DNA of 64,000 nucleotides, taken from Patescibacteria group bacterium. Its GTDB lineage: Bacteria > Patescibacteriota > Patescibacteriia > JAXHNJ01. Under the pieces are notes generated by a model. That model worked only from the letters and a program-made list of their open reading frames with translations, was not told the origin of the DNA and made no database searches. The stretch covers positions 146,509 through 210,508 of the forward strand of contig JBDRMK010000017.1 of assembly GCA_043812155.1 (NCBI GenBank), read 5' to 3'. A program made the position numbers and the translations under genes. How positions within the stretch are numbered: the stretch's first letter is position 1; every line of letters begins with the position of its first letter. Shown here in pieces: positions 1 through 9,235 of the stretch.

Positions 1-676
1 CCCCGCCTCTTCCGACCCGGAGTTTTTAAAAGCGGTGATTGAAATCGTTAAAGAAGCCAAGCCTTCGGAAATAATATTGGGTGATTCCTGCACTTTGCTG
101 TTAAAAACGGAAAAAGTCATGTCCTGTTTGAATTTCTCCGCTTTAGAAAAAGATTACGGGGTAAAATCCTTAAATTTCGATCAAGGAAAATATATCAAAA
201 AGAAAATAAATGGAAAATATTTAAAGTCAATCAGTATTCCAGCCGTCTTGGAAGAGGTGGATAAGTTGATCCTTCTTCCCTGTCTGAAAGTCCACCGTTT
301 CGCCCGCTTTACCATGTCCTTGAAATTAGGGGTCGGAATAATGAAAAAGATCGAGCGAACATTCCTGCATATGAGCCATCTGGAAGAAAAGATCGCGGAA
401 TTAAACTTAGCTTATACTCCTGACTTAATCATAATGGACGGCCGAAAAGCGTTTATAACGCGCGGGCCGGAAGCCGGGGATTTAGTGGAACCGAATATTC
501 TAATGGCCGGGACCGACCGGATCGCCATGGATGTGGAAGGTTTGAAGATTTTAAAAAGTTATCCGGCGGAAAATAAACTGAATCTTAACCCTTGGGAATT
601 TCCCACGATCAAGCGGGCTGTGGAACTGAATTTAGGCGCGAAAAATGAAAAAGAATATCAAATAATTAATTTATAA
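1..676 (+). CDS. DUF362-family protein, 5'-truncated by window edge
   Basis: Reading frame is open from nt 2 in the same frame as ORF 35..676. C-terminal region (LIIMDGRKAFITRGPEAGDLV...IAMDVEGLKIL) resembles DUF362. Confidence 0.5.
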   Translation, partial: PASSDPEFLKAVIEIVKEAKPSEIILGDSCTLLLKTEKVMSCLNFSALEKDYGVKSLNFDQGKYIKKKINGKYLKSISIPAVLEEVDKLILLPCLKVHRFARFTMSLKLGVGIMKKIERTFLHMSHLEEKIAELNLAYTPDLIIMDGRKAFITRGPEAGDLVEPNILMAGTDRIAMDVEGLKILKSYPAENKLNLNPWEFPTIKRAVELNLGAKNEKEYQIINL

Positions 677-690
677 TTAATAATAAAACT

Positions 691-927
691 ATGATCGGCA
701 GAAATTATCTCAAAACCATGACGCAATTGGCCACTACCGCTTTCGGCCTGGTCGCCGCTCTGGCCTGGAACAACGCCATTATCACTCTTTTTAAAAAGAT
801 CTTCGGGGAAGCGAGCAGTATTGTCTCGCTTTTTGTCTACGCCATTTTAGTGACCCTTATAGTGGTCCTGATTACCGCCAAACTTGGGAAGCTGGCGGAA
901 AAAGCGGGTCTGAAAGACGAGGAATAA
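691..927 (+). CDS. small hydrophobic membrane protein (hypothetical)
   Basis: 78-aa ORF with two predicted TM helices, immediately downstream of the DUF362 gene. Confidence 0.4.
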   Translation: MIGRNYLKTMTQLATTAFGLVAALAWNNAIITLFKKIFGEASSIVSLFVYAILVTLIVVLITAKLGKLAEKAGLKDEE

Positions 928-1023
928 TTTTTATAATTTTTTCGCGCAAATAGATTTTTATTGTTAATAACAATAAATTGGTTTTTTGTTTTGATCGGCG
1001 GTATAATATTAAATGAATGCCAT

Positions 1024-3552
1024 ATGAACTATTCGTCTTATACCCTAAAAAACAAAGAGGAGATCGCCCGGGAATTTTCCACCTCCTTAGATAACGGCCT
1101 TTTTTCCTCGGAAAGCGAAATCCGGCTGAAAAAATTCGGGCCCAACGAATTAAAAGGCAAGGAGACCACCCCCTGGCTGATCTTGAAACGCCAGTTTTCC
1201 TCGCCTTTTATCTACCTGCTGATCGGCGCGGCCATTTTGGCTTTCGCCTTGAAAGAAATAATAGACGGCGGCATGATCATCGTCTTTGTCCTGATCAACG
1301 CCTTTTTGGGTTTTTACCAGGAATACCGGTCGGAACACGCCCTGAAAATGCTGAGCCGCTTTGTCAGTCCCCAGGCCCGCGTCCGAAGAAACGGAGCGGA
1401 AAAAATGATCCCGACCAAAGACCTGGTGCCGGGCGATTTAGTTATAGTTGAGCCAGGCGATATTCTGCCGGCCGATCTGAGATTCGTCAAGGAATATGAT
1501 CTGACAATTGACGAATCGGTCTTGACCGGCGAATCTATTTCCGTGAAGAAAATCGGCGAAAGCCTGAAAAAAGAGGCCAAAGAAATTTTTGAAAGCAAGA
1601 ACCTGGGTTTTTCCGGCACGACCGTGGTCTCGGGCAAAGGCGAAGGTATTATCCTTGCCACCGGTAAAAAAACAGAGATCGGCCGGATCGCGAAAATGAC
1701 GGCGGAAACCGAGCATACCGGCACTTTTGAAAAAAGCCTGGGAAAATTCAGCAAATTCATCTTGCGCCTCATTTCCCTGACCCTGATCTTTGTTTTTGCC
1801 GCTAATATCTTTATAAAAGGCTTCCAAAATAATATTATTGAACTAATAATTTTCACCATTGCTCTGGCTATCAGCGTCATCCCCGAAGCCCTGCCCGTGG
1901 TCGTCACTTTCTCCCTTTCCCGCGGCGCCTTGCGCCTCGCCAAAAACAAAGTCGTCGTAAAAAGATTGGCCGCCATTGAAGACCTGGGCAGCATTGAGGT
2001 TCTCTGCACCGATAAAACCGGCACCATTACCGAGAATGTCCTGACCGTCGCCGGCCAATTGGCTCTCGGAAAAGAACCCCTTATGAAATATGCCTGCCTG
2101 GCTTCGCCTTTTCTTAAAGAGAAAAAAATAGAAGCGAATAATTCCTTTGACCTGGCTTTATGCCGCCGTCTTTCAGACGAGGAAAAAAGGGAAATTTCCG
2201 CTTATAAAATCCAGTCGGAAATCCCCTTTGATCCGGAGCGCCGGCGCAACACAGTGGTCATAAAAAATGGCCGCGAGCCGCTGCTTATCAGCCGCGGCGC
2301 CACGGAAAATATTCTCGGTCTCTGCCCAAAAATTAATCCGGCCGAAAAGGAAAAAATCAGCCGCTGGCTGACCGAAGAAGGGGAAAAAGGCCGGCGGATC
2401 ATCGCCGTGGCTTATAAAAAAATAACGGGGAAAAAACCGGACATTGAAAAAGAAGAGAATAATTTACATCTGGTGGGCCTCATCTCTTTTACCGATCCTC
2501 TGAAAAAATCCTCAAAAGACGCGATCGAGCGGGCGGAAAAATTGGGGGTCAAGATAAAAATTTTGACCGGCGACTCAAAAGAAGTCTCTTTGGCCGTGGC
2601 CAAGGAAATCGGCCTGGCCGACGAGAAGCACGGGGTCATCACCGGCGAAGAATTTGAAAGTTTGTCTTTGGAAAAACAGGGGGAAGCGGCCCGGGAACAC
2701 GCGGTTTTTGCCCGGGTTTCGCCGGCCCAGAAATTCCTGATCATTGAAGTGCTTAAACAAAAATACGAAGTCGGTTTCTTAGGGGAAGGGATAAACGACG
2801 CCCCGGCCTTGAAGATCGCCAATGTCGGGCTGGCCGTGGACAAGGCTTCTGACATCGCACGCGAAACGGCCGACATTGTTCTCCTGAATAAAAGCCTTTC
2901 CGTGATTATTGACGGAATTGCCGAAGGCCGACAGGTCTTTGCTAATACCCTAAAATACATCAAAGCGACCCTGACCTCCAATTTCGGCAATTTTTTCGCC
3001 GTGGCCATCGCTTCCCTGCTCATTGACTACCTGCCGATGCTCCCTTTGCAGATCCTGCTTTTAAACCTCCTTTCGGATTTTCCCATGATCGCCATTGCCG
3101 CTGATAATGTAGACCTTGAAGAATTAAAAAGGCCAAAGCATTACCAGGTCAGGGATATCGCTTTGATGGCGATCACCTTAGGCGTGATCAGCACTATCTT
3201 TGATTTTATTTTCTTCGCCCTGTTTTACCGCATCTCCCCAGGCGTTCTGCAGACCAACTGGTTCATCGCCAGCGTTTTCACAGAACTGGTCCTGATCTTT
3301 TCCATCCGGACCAGAAAACCTTTCTGGCGGGCCAGAAAACCGGCCGCGATCCTGCTCTGGCTTTCGCTGGCCGCTATCGCCATAAATTTGATCATTCCTT
3401 TCACCGGTTTCGGCCGGGAGCTCTTCCAGTTCGTCAAACCCTCTCCGGGCCATTTGCTGACCATCGGCTTCGTCGTCCTGCTCTATTTCATCTGCACGGA
3501 ATCCGGCAAACTCCTCTATTACCGTTTTGTGAAAAATAACGAAGATAAATAG
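1024..3552 (+). CDS. P-type cation-transporting ATPase (E1-E2, P2/P3 type; Mg2+/Ca2+ class)
   Basis: DKTGTIT phosphorylation motif, TGDSKEV/GEGINDAPAL hinge motifs, about 10 TM helices. Start taken at the internal ATG at 1024 (MNYSSY...) rather than the ORF-track start. Confidence 0.9.
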   Translation: MNYSSYTLKNKEEIAREFSTSLDNGLFSSESEIRLKKFGPNELKGKETTPWLILKRQFSSPFIYLLIGAAILAFALKEIIDGGMIIVFVLINAFLGFYQEYRSEHALKMLSRFVSPQARVRRNGAEKMIPTKDLVPGDLVIVEPGDILPADLRFVKEYDLTIDESVLTGESISVKKIGESLKKEAKEIFESKNLGFSGTTVVSGKGEGIILATGKKTEIGRIAKMTAETEHTGTFEKSLGKFSKFILRLISLTLIFVFAANIFIKGFQNNIIELIIFTIALAISVIPEALPVVVTFSLSRGALRLAKNKVVVKRLAAIEDLGSIEVLCTDKTGTITENVLTVAGQLALGKEPLMKYACLASPFLKEKKIEANNSFDLALCRRLSDEEKREISAYKIQSEIPFDPERRRNTVVIKNGREPLLISRGATENILGLCPKINPAEKEKISRWLTEEGEKGRRIIAVAYKKITGKKPDIEKEENNLHLVGLISFTDPLKKSSKDAIERAEKLGVKIKILTGDSKEVSLAVAKEIGLADEKHGVITGEEFESLSLEKQGEAAREHAVFARVSPAQKFLIIEVLKQKYEVGFLGEGINDAPALKIANVGLAVDKASDIARETADIVLLNKSLSVIIDGIAEGRQVFANTLKYIKATLTSNFGNFFAVAIASLLIDYLPMLPLQILLLNLLSDFPMIAIAADNVDLEELKRPKHYQVRDIALMAITLGVISTIFDFIFFALFYRISPGVLQTNWFIASVFTELVLIFSIRTRKPFWRARKPAAILLWLSLAAIAINLIIPFTGFGRELFQFVKPSPGHLLTIGFVVLLYFICTESGKLLYYRFVKNNEDK

Positions 3553-3577
3553 TTTAATAAAAATTATATATAACAAA

Positions 3578-3610
3578 AACCCCTCTTTTTAAAGGAGGGA
3601 TCTTTGTTTT
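3578..3610. terminator. bidirectional hairpin terminator between convergent genes
   Basis: CCCTCTTT/AAAGGAGGG stem followed by a T-run. Sits between the ATPase stop and the minus-strand zinc-ribbon gene. Confidence 0.5.
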
Positions 3611-3656
3611 ATTTGGACTGTGATTTACGACGTATCTTTCAAAAAGATAAAATCTT

Positions 3657-3848
3657 TTAGAAATCTCGGCGTCTTCCACCACCGCCACCAGTACGGTTGT
3701 TCCGTCTCTGGCGATGGCAATCACGGCAGTAAACAGGGCGGGTGCCATCAGGTTCGAAGGGTAGTTCCGTGATTTGAGCGCCGCATCCAGCGCATGTCCA
3801 ATTGCCTTGGTACATTTTTCTCTGACCAAAGCCTTGGGAATCATCCAT
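3657..3848 (-). CDS. CxxC-x17-CxxC zinc-ribbon domain protein
   Basis: WTCAGCGAQITELPFEPDGTRPVYCRDCHRQRR matches the CxxC-x17-CxxC ribbon signature, followed by a Gly/Arg-rich tail. The stop leaves room for the 3578 hairpin; the overlapping alternative frame runs through that hairpin. Confidence 0.5.
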   Translation of the reverse strand: MDDSQGFGQRKMYQGNWTCAGCGAQITELPFEPDGTRPVYCRDCHRQRRNNRTGGGGGRRRDF

Positions 3849-3985
3849 TGTAATGACCTTTTGTATGCTGCTCGCCTTTATCCTTGCGGATTTAAACTAG
3901 CAGAATACCTTACTTATTAATGCTTGAAGTGTAGCATAACCAAAGATTATGTCAAGGCCTGTTCTACAAAGGCCATAATCAAGTT

Positions 3986-4026
3986 ATTTTATAAAAAATA
4001 GGGGCAAGACTCGAAAGTCTTGCCCC
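3986..4026 (-). terminator. rho-independent terminator of the LysM gene
   Basis: Perfect 11-bp stem GGGGCAAGACT/AGTCTTGCCCC with a U-tract on the minus strand, about 40 nt after the stop at 4068. Confidence 0.6.
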
Positions 4027-4067
4027 TGCGAAAGTTAAAATGTGCATCCAAACTAGGCGCTTGGATT

Positions 4068-5337
4068 CTAGCAGTCGCCGGGCTTCTCCTCGGCCGGTCC
4101 CTCGACGAGAATGCCGAACACGGTCTTCTTGTCTCCTGTCCGGAAAATGATCTGTACGTCGTCGACGCACAGATACACACCCGGAATGGGACGAACATCG
4201 ACGATCACGTCGTCCCCGCCGCCGAGCTTACGGAGAACTATTCGCCCTATATCCGTGATGGTCGCTCGGACGAACTTCGGAATGTCATCCGACTTCGCCG
4301 CGGGCTCGGTCACTGCCGATTCGGGCTTTGACGATTCCGGCGCGGGCGTCTCGGTGACGACCGGCCAGACCTGTCGGGGCGTCTCCGGCGTGAAGGACGG
4401 CGTGCCGTCCTGACGCGGCCGGATCTGTGTCTCCGGCAGAGGCGAGTAGCCCTCTCCCCGACGAACATCGTTACCGCAGAGCATCAGCGTGATGCGGAAC
4501 GTTCCGTCGGAAAGGAAGCATTGCCAGGCCGGTGTCCATTTGGGAAGATCCTTGAATGCCGGTTTGTCTTTGAACTCAACGCGCATCTTCCCGCGGACAT
4601 CCACGGGAACGATGCGTTCGATGGCCACGGCGGGAAGCTTCTCGCTCTCCCCAACGGTCATGCCACGACGTTCGTCCCGGTACTGCTCGGTGAAGTGCTT
4701 GACGGCCGACTCAATTGTCGGTAAACCCCCTTCCACTACCGCCGGACCGGAGTAGGGATTCTCACGTTCCCGTCGCTGTTCCGTCGCCTTGTGAACTTCG
4801 CGTTCGTTCTCGCGGCGTGAACGTTCCCTCTCGAGATCATCCTCAGCTCGCTTTTCTCCCCGCCGCACTATTGCCAGCATAATAATTAGGATAATCACGG
4901 CGGCAAGCAGGAAGACGATACCGAATATCCAACCCACTGGCAAGCCGGAAGATTTCTCTTTGCTCACCACAAAGGGTATCACGGGTACCGTCTTTACGGG
5001 CTGAGGGTCGCCGGTGCGGTCCACTTCCGCGATGATGCGGAATAACTTTACCAGCGAAGCGGGTACGTTGAGCTCATCGCCCGGTTTGATCACATCCGGA
5101 TCCGCTAACTGCGGATTGGCTGCGACCAGTTCGAGCCAGAGCTGCGGCGACCCAAAGGCCACCTGCCACTGACCCACGCGATCCTCGGTCGAAACGATGT
5201 AACCCGTAGGTGCTGTCGGCCCGCTGATAAAGCATCCCGAAAGGACGCTCGACCCACGGATCGGCCTGCACCGGGGCACCGCTGACCAGGAACAGCGTCG
5301 CCAGCAACAGCATGACACTGATGCACCGCTGTACCAT
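4068..5337 (-). CDS. signal-peptide + LysM + TM-anchored protein with an apparent +1 frameshift (or sequencing error) near 5235
   Basis: Signal peptide MVQRCISVMLLLATLFLVSGAPVQA in frame B (start 5337, RBS GAGGAGG). The LysM-like block (YIVSTEDRVGQWQVAFGSPQLWLELVAANPQLADPDVIKPGDELNVP), a TM helix and a charged region lie in frame A. Removing one G from a GGG run joins the frames. Local GC is about 58%, versus about 45% in neighbouring genes. Confidence 0.5.
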
Positions 5338-5593
5338 GTTGGTACCTCCTCGGTTAAAAACCTTTGGCCGCTGCGACACCATGCCGCAGCCGCCTGGAGG
5401 AAATTTTCCTTTTTCAAGGTACGTTCCTCCCCGGAAAGCTTATCTTATATAAGATCTCTAGGGAAGACTGAAAGCCAATGTTTCAGACCATCCAAATAAT
5501 GGAGTAGATACCTTGTCTTGTTAAAGTTACAAAGAACCTACCACCCTATCACAAATTTGAGAATTTGTCAATACCTGCTATAATCTATTCATT

Positions 5594-6574
5594 ATGAATA
5601 AAAAGATCGCCATTTTCGCCGCCATCGCCATTATGTTTGCCGCTTTCTTGTGGGCCTTTGACGGCGTGGTCCTGACCCCTTGGGTTTTGGACTTAGGGCT
5701 TTACGATGTCCCGGTCTTTGTTTTTATGCTGCACGCGGTGGGAGCGGTTTTTTTAGTTTATTTTCTTATTACCAGAAAACACGAGTTTAAAAATTTAAAC
5801 AAAAATGACTGGCTGGCTTTTTTGCTGGTCGGGATTTTCGGCGGAGCAATCGGAACCATGGCGATAATCGGCGCTATTTCCCGCGTCCATGCCAGCCATC
5901 TTAATATTTCCGTAGTTTTAATCCTGCAAAAACTCCAGCCGATCTTTGCTATCTTGCTCGCCTATGCCTGGCTGCGCGAAAGGCCGAAAAAAATCTTTTA
6001 TTTTTGGGCTTTGATGGCTTTAATCGGCAGCTATTTTCTGACTTTCGGTTTTACTAAAGCCAACTTGTCCGCCAATGGCATGTTAATCCCGGCTCTGCTG
6101 GCCCTGCTGGCCGCTTTTTCCTTCGGTTCGTCCACAGTTTTTTCCAAAAAAGCGGTGACGAAAATCAGCCATGGCTTGGGCACAGCTTTAAGATTCTATA
6201 TTACGACCGGCGTGATGCTGCTGATTATTTCCTTTGTTTCTATTCTTAACGCCGGCGGAGTTAATACCAGCTACGCCGGCTTTGCCGGTTTTTCTGTTAT
6301 AAACTGGCCGCTGATCGGCGCCTTTACCGTCATCGCCCTGACTACCGGCGCTACGGCCATTTTTATCTATTACTGGGGTTTGAAAAGAGTGCTCGCCTCC
6401 CGTTCCACTATCTATGAACTGATGTTTCCAATTTCTTCCATTATCCTGGAATATCTTATCCACAAAAAAATTCTGGACTTGGGCCAATGGTTCGGCGCCA
6501 TCATAATAACCGCGGCTATTATTTCCATTGTCCGGCTGAAAAGTAACGAGAATAAAATAGAAACAACGAATTAA
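5594..6574 (+). CDS. DMT/EamA-like 10-TM transporter
   Basis: 326-aa polytopic membrane protein with two-repeat DMT-like topology. Confidence 0.55.
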   Translation: MNKKIAIFAAIAIMFAAFLWAFDGVVLTPWVLDLGLYDVPVFVFMLHAVGAVFLVYFLITRKHEFKNLNKNDWLAFLLVGIFGGAIGTMAIIGAISRVHASHLNISVVLILQKLQPIFAILLAYAWLRERPKKIFYFWALMALIGSYFLTFGFTKANLSANGMLIPALLALLAAFSFGSSTVFSKKAVTKISHGLGTALRFYITTGVMLLIISFVSILNAGGVNTSYAGFAGFSVINWPLIGAFTVIALTTGATAIFIYYWGLKRVLASRSTIYELMFPISSIILEYLIHKKILDLGQWFGAIIITAAIISIVRLKSNENKIETTN

Positions 6575-6587
6575 TTCGGTATAAAAC

Positions 6588-6613
6588 AAAACGGGTCATG
6601 CCCGTTTTTTTAT
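6588..6613 (+). terminator. rho-independent terminator
   Basis: ACGGGTCATGCCCGT hairpin followed by T8. Confidence 0.6.
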
Positions 6614-6693
6614 TACTTGACAATAAATTAAATCGGAGTAAATTATAAATACCTTTGACAGTCCATTTGGCTTCTTTTTAAGGAGGGGAACCG

Positions 6694-7362
6694 ATGTACA
6701 AAACAAATTCCGGTCAGCTGCTGCGAGTAGTCGTCTTTTTTTCCGGCGGGGCTAGCTCACTAAAGTACCTGCTGGCGCGTGATCCAAATTTAGGCAAAAA
6801 GTATCAGATCGTCGGTGCCTTCACCAACAAAGAAAACACGGTGGGGGCAAAAATCACTTATCAATGGGGTATTCCTATAATCTGTCTGGGCTATCGCCAA
6901 TGGTGTCGCAAAGAAAACCGGAACCACAAGGATGAGGGGGCGAGAAAGGATTATTTCGCCGAAGTCTGCCGGCTGATCAAAAACTTTGAGACGGATATCA
7001 TCCTCCTTTCCGGCTTCATGATGATCATCACCGATCCGCTCCTCTCTGAGTATCGCAGTCGAATCCTGAACGTTCATCCCGCCAACACCACGATAAAAGG
7101 CGAAAACGGAAAGACCAAATATGCCGGCGACAACGCCGTGGAGGATGCCATCAAAGCCGGCGAGAAATCTACTTGCTCTACCGTGCACGTCATCACCGAG
7201 GAAGTGGATAATGGTCCCGTAGTCGCCCTTTCCGAAAGCTGGCCTGTCATCCCGGGAATTGACCCGGCCGCTCATCAGGGAGAGATGAAGTGGGTCTGCG
7301 ACGGACCGGCCTATGTCGCGGCTTTGGAGCGGATATCTTCCGGCGAATTTCCGCTGGACTGA
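6694..7362 (+). CDS. formyltransferase, PurN-like (GAR transformylase family)
   Basis: Motifs ILNVHPA and VHVITEEVDNGPVV match the PurN catalytic region. RBS AAGGAGG 7 nt upstream. Confidence 0.65.
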   Translation: MYKTNSGQLLRVVVFFSGGASSLKYLLARDPNLGKKYQIVGAFTNKENTVGAKITYQWGIPIICLGYRQWCRKENRNHKDEGARKDYFAEVCRLIKNFETDIILLSGFMMIITDPLLSEYRSRILNVHPANTTIKGENGKTKYAGDNAVEDAIKAGEKSTCSTVHVITEEVDNGPVVALSESWPVIPGIDPAAHQGEMKWVCDGPAYVAALERISSGEFPLD

Positions 7363-7391
7363 TCGATTACAGTTCATTAGAGACAATAAAA

Positions 7392-7427
7392 GCCGTTACT
7401 GCTACAACAGAGTGACGGCCTTTTTTA
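7392..7427. terminator. hairpin terminator (bidirectional)
   Basis: GCCGTTACTG...CAGAGTGACGGC stem followed by T6. Confidence 0.5.
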
Positions 7428-7436
7428 TGGTAAAAA

Positions 7437-7634
7437 TTATTTCTTCTTTTTCGTCTTTTCCTCTTTTAAACCCAGCGTTTCATCCTCATCTTGCTTTCCG
7501 CCAAAGGCGGATCCGCCTCGGGCGGACTTTTTGACGAAAAGCGTGGCCACGGCCGTGGCGATAGCGGTCAGAAAAGCCAGGATAAAGAACTTCTTGGCTT
7601 TGCCGCCTTTTTTTTCTTCATGTATTTCTTTCAT
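7437..7634 (-). CDS. small Lys-rich membrane protein (possibly leaderless)
   Basis: 65-aa ORF with one TM helix. TATAAT lies 7 nt upstream of the ATG on the minus strand. Confidence 0.3.
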   Translation of the reverse strand: MKEIHEEKKGGKAKKFFILAFLTAIATAVATLFVKKSARGGSAFGGKQDEDETLGLKEEKTKKKK

Positions 7635-7749
7635 ATTTTCATTATAGCCTAAAAATCAAATTGACAAAAGAGCGGAAAAAGACTATTTTTTAATTAGAAA
7701 TAATTGAAATCAAAGCGGCTCATTAACTACTAAATTCTAGGGGGTAATC

Positions 7750-8094
7750 GTGCTCAAAATCGCCATGGTCTGTGAAAAAAATCCAGAAGCCAGAAAGAGG
7801 CTGGCTCAACTCCTCGAAAAACATCACTACCTGATCCTTGAATGTCCTGATCACCAGACCGGCCTTTGCGGCCTGACCTTAGCCCCTGACCTTATCATCA
7901 TGCACCTTGAGCCGGAAGATCTCATTCCTTGCTCGCTCGTTGACCGCTTAAGGGAATTGCTCTGTGTTTTAGGAGAATCCCGGCGAATTTTTGCCAGTTT
8001 CCAGCCTGAAAGCTGCTGGCAAAAGATCCGCGCCCTGGCTCTACCCTGCGACGGGATGATTTGTCTTTCGGATATCATTGCCGAGGCCGCTTAA
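7750..8094 (+). CDS. receiver-like (CheY-fold) protein lacking canonical phospho-acceptor residues
   Basis: The alternating beta/alpha pattern resembles a REC domain, but the acidic pocket and Asp54 positions are substituted. Confidence 0.35.
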   Translation: MLKIAMVCEKNPEARKRLAQLLEKHHYLILECPDHQTGLCGLTLAPDLIIMHLEPEDLIPCSLVDRLRELLCVLGESRRIFASFQPESCWQKIRALALPCDGMICLSDIIAEAA

Positions 8095-8113
8095 GCCTCC
8101 CCTCCTTCCGTTC

Positions 8114-8153
8114 CTCCCCGCGCCAATTTGTCCGGCTCGGGGAGTTTTTTTTA
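8114..8153 (+). terminator. rho-independent terminator
   Basis: CTCCCCG...CGGGGAG stem followed by T8. Confidence 0.6.
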
Positions 8154-8176
8154 TTGTTAAAATATAACAGAACATC

Positions 8177-8340
8177 AGCGCGGGCCTGGCCTTCGGCCTC
8201 AAGCTCAGGCTCGAAGAGGGCCCGCGCTTCTCGAATAATTATGGGCCAATATAAATTGGAGAAGGGCGGGTCCCCAGACCCGCCCGTATAATTTAATTCT
8301 TCAACACGATTAGGGCGGATTCTGAATCCGCCCTTCTCGG
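8177..8340. repeat. cluster of three GC-rich hairpin (REP/MITE-like) elements
   Basis: Three elements at 8177-8233 (long form with GCTCAGGCTCGAAGAGGG core), 8259-8290 and 8311-8340 (GGGCGGATTCTGAATCCGCCC). Homologous to copies at 10851 and 58765-58929. Confidence 0.7.
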
Positions 8341-8443
8341 ATAATGCAAATAATACAAAAAAAATCCCCCGGCTGTACGGAAACCGGGGGTCTGAAATAA
8401 ATTTTCAATCGACACGACTTATGTCTTTAAAGAGCATCCGCCC

Positions 8444-8923
8444 TTAGACTATGATCGTGCCGCGAACGATCACCGCTTTGACCACAGAGGATTTCCCCCA
8501 AGGCAGATTTGCTTCTCCCGCGTCCGTGCTCGAACCGCTTCGCATTTCTTCGCGAATCAGGTTCCTGGCGTAGAGTGCCGGCGTGATGGAGGAATTGATA
8601 TTCTGAACGGCGACGTCATTTCCGATAATCACAGGGTTGCGCCCCCATATGGCTCCGACCACATTCACGACGGCGTGCTTCTCGGTATTCGTCGGCGAGA
8701 AGACGGAGGACGACGTCCTGATAGCGATGGTGTTTCCTTCGGCGATGGTGAGGTTGACCGGCATCTCGGCCGCGACGGCGATCTTACCTTCGCTGCCGTC
8801 ATTGACCGCGAGAATGCCGATCGTGGCGAAATTCGGCTCGGCGCATGACATTGCGTACGAGCACGAAGACATGAGCGCCATTGTAATGACAATGACGAAT
8901 AGGGGAAGTTTGAGTCGATTCAT
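8444..8923 (-). CDS. secreted lipoprotein (hypothetical)
   Basis: Signal peptide with lipobox LMSSC, RBS AAGGAGAG. Local GC is about 54%. Confidence 0.5.
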   Translation of the reverse strand: MNRLKLPLFVIVITMALMSSCSYAMSCAEPNFATIGILAVNDGSEGKIAVAAEMPVNLTIAEGNTIAIRTSSSVFSPTNTEKHAVVNVVGAIWGRNPVIIGNDVAVQNINSSITPALYARNLIREEMRSGSSTDAGEANLPWGKSSVVKAVIVRGTIIV

Positions 8924-9114
8924 AGAATGACTCTCCTTTCTCCTTTGCTAAAAGCCAAGAAGGCAAAACTCTTATGAGCTGCCGAGGCTAAAGATGTGAC
9001 CTATAACCACCAGAAAACCGGATTAACCTCCTTAAGGTATCAGTTTTCTGGACCTTTAATGAGCGAGAATTGCTAATATTATAGCAAAAATATATTTGAA
9101 TGGTCAAACAAGCA

Positions 9115-9200
9115 TGCATTTAAATCCCAAATCACAAATAACAAATCTCAAATAATATTCAAATTCCAATGACCAAAATTCTAAATTCAAAAACAGAACC
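9115..9200. repeat. AT-rich dispersed repeat (AAATTCCAATGMCCAAAAT family), copy 1
   Basis: About 85% identity to 45740-45790. Reverse-complement homology to 23670-23730. Confidence 0.6.
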
Positions 9201-9235
9201 AGTAAAAAATTAGCAATTACTCCAAGCTCTCAGTA

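Noticed and set aside
1150-3576. Many minus-strand ORFs (62-237 aa) inside the P-type ATPase gene
   Set aside because: They are antisense to a motif-rich, confidently identified CDS, have no RBS or motifs, and their composition is typical of shadow ORFs.
3554-3844. 96-aa alternative-frame ORF overlapping the zinc-ribbon ORF
   Set aside because: It reads through the terminator hairpin and lacks motifs. The 63-aa frame carries a recognisable CxxC-x17-CxxC ribbon and stops before the hairpin.
4020-4413. Plus-strand ORFs of 100-103 aa inside the GC-rich LysM gene
   Set aside because: These are shadow ORFs in high-GC DNA, antisense to the better-supported LysM/TM frame.
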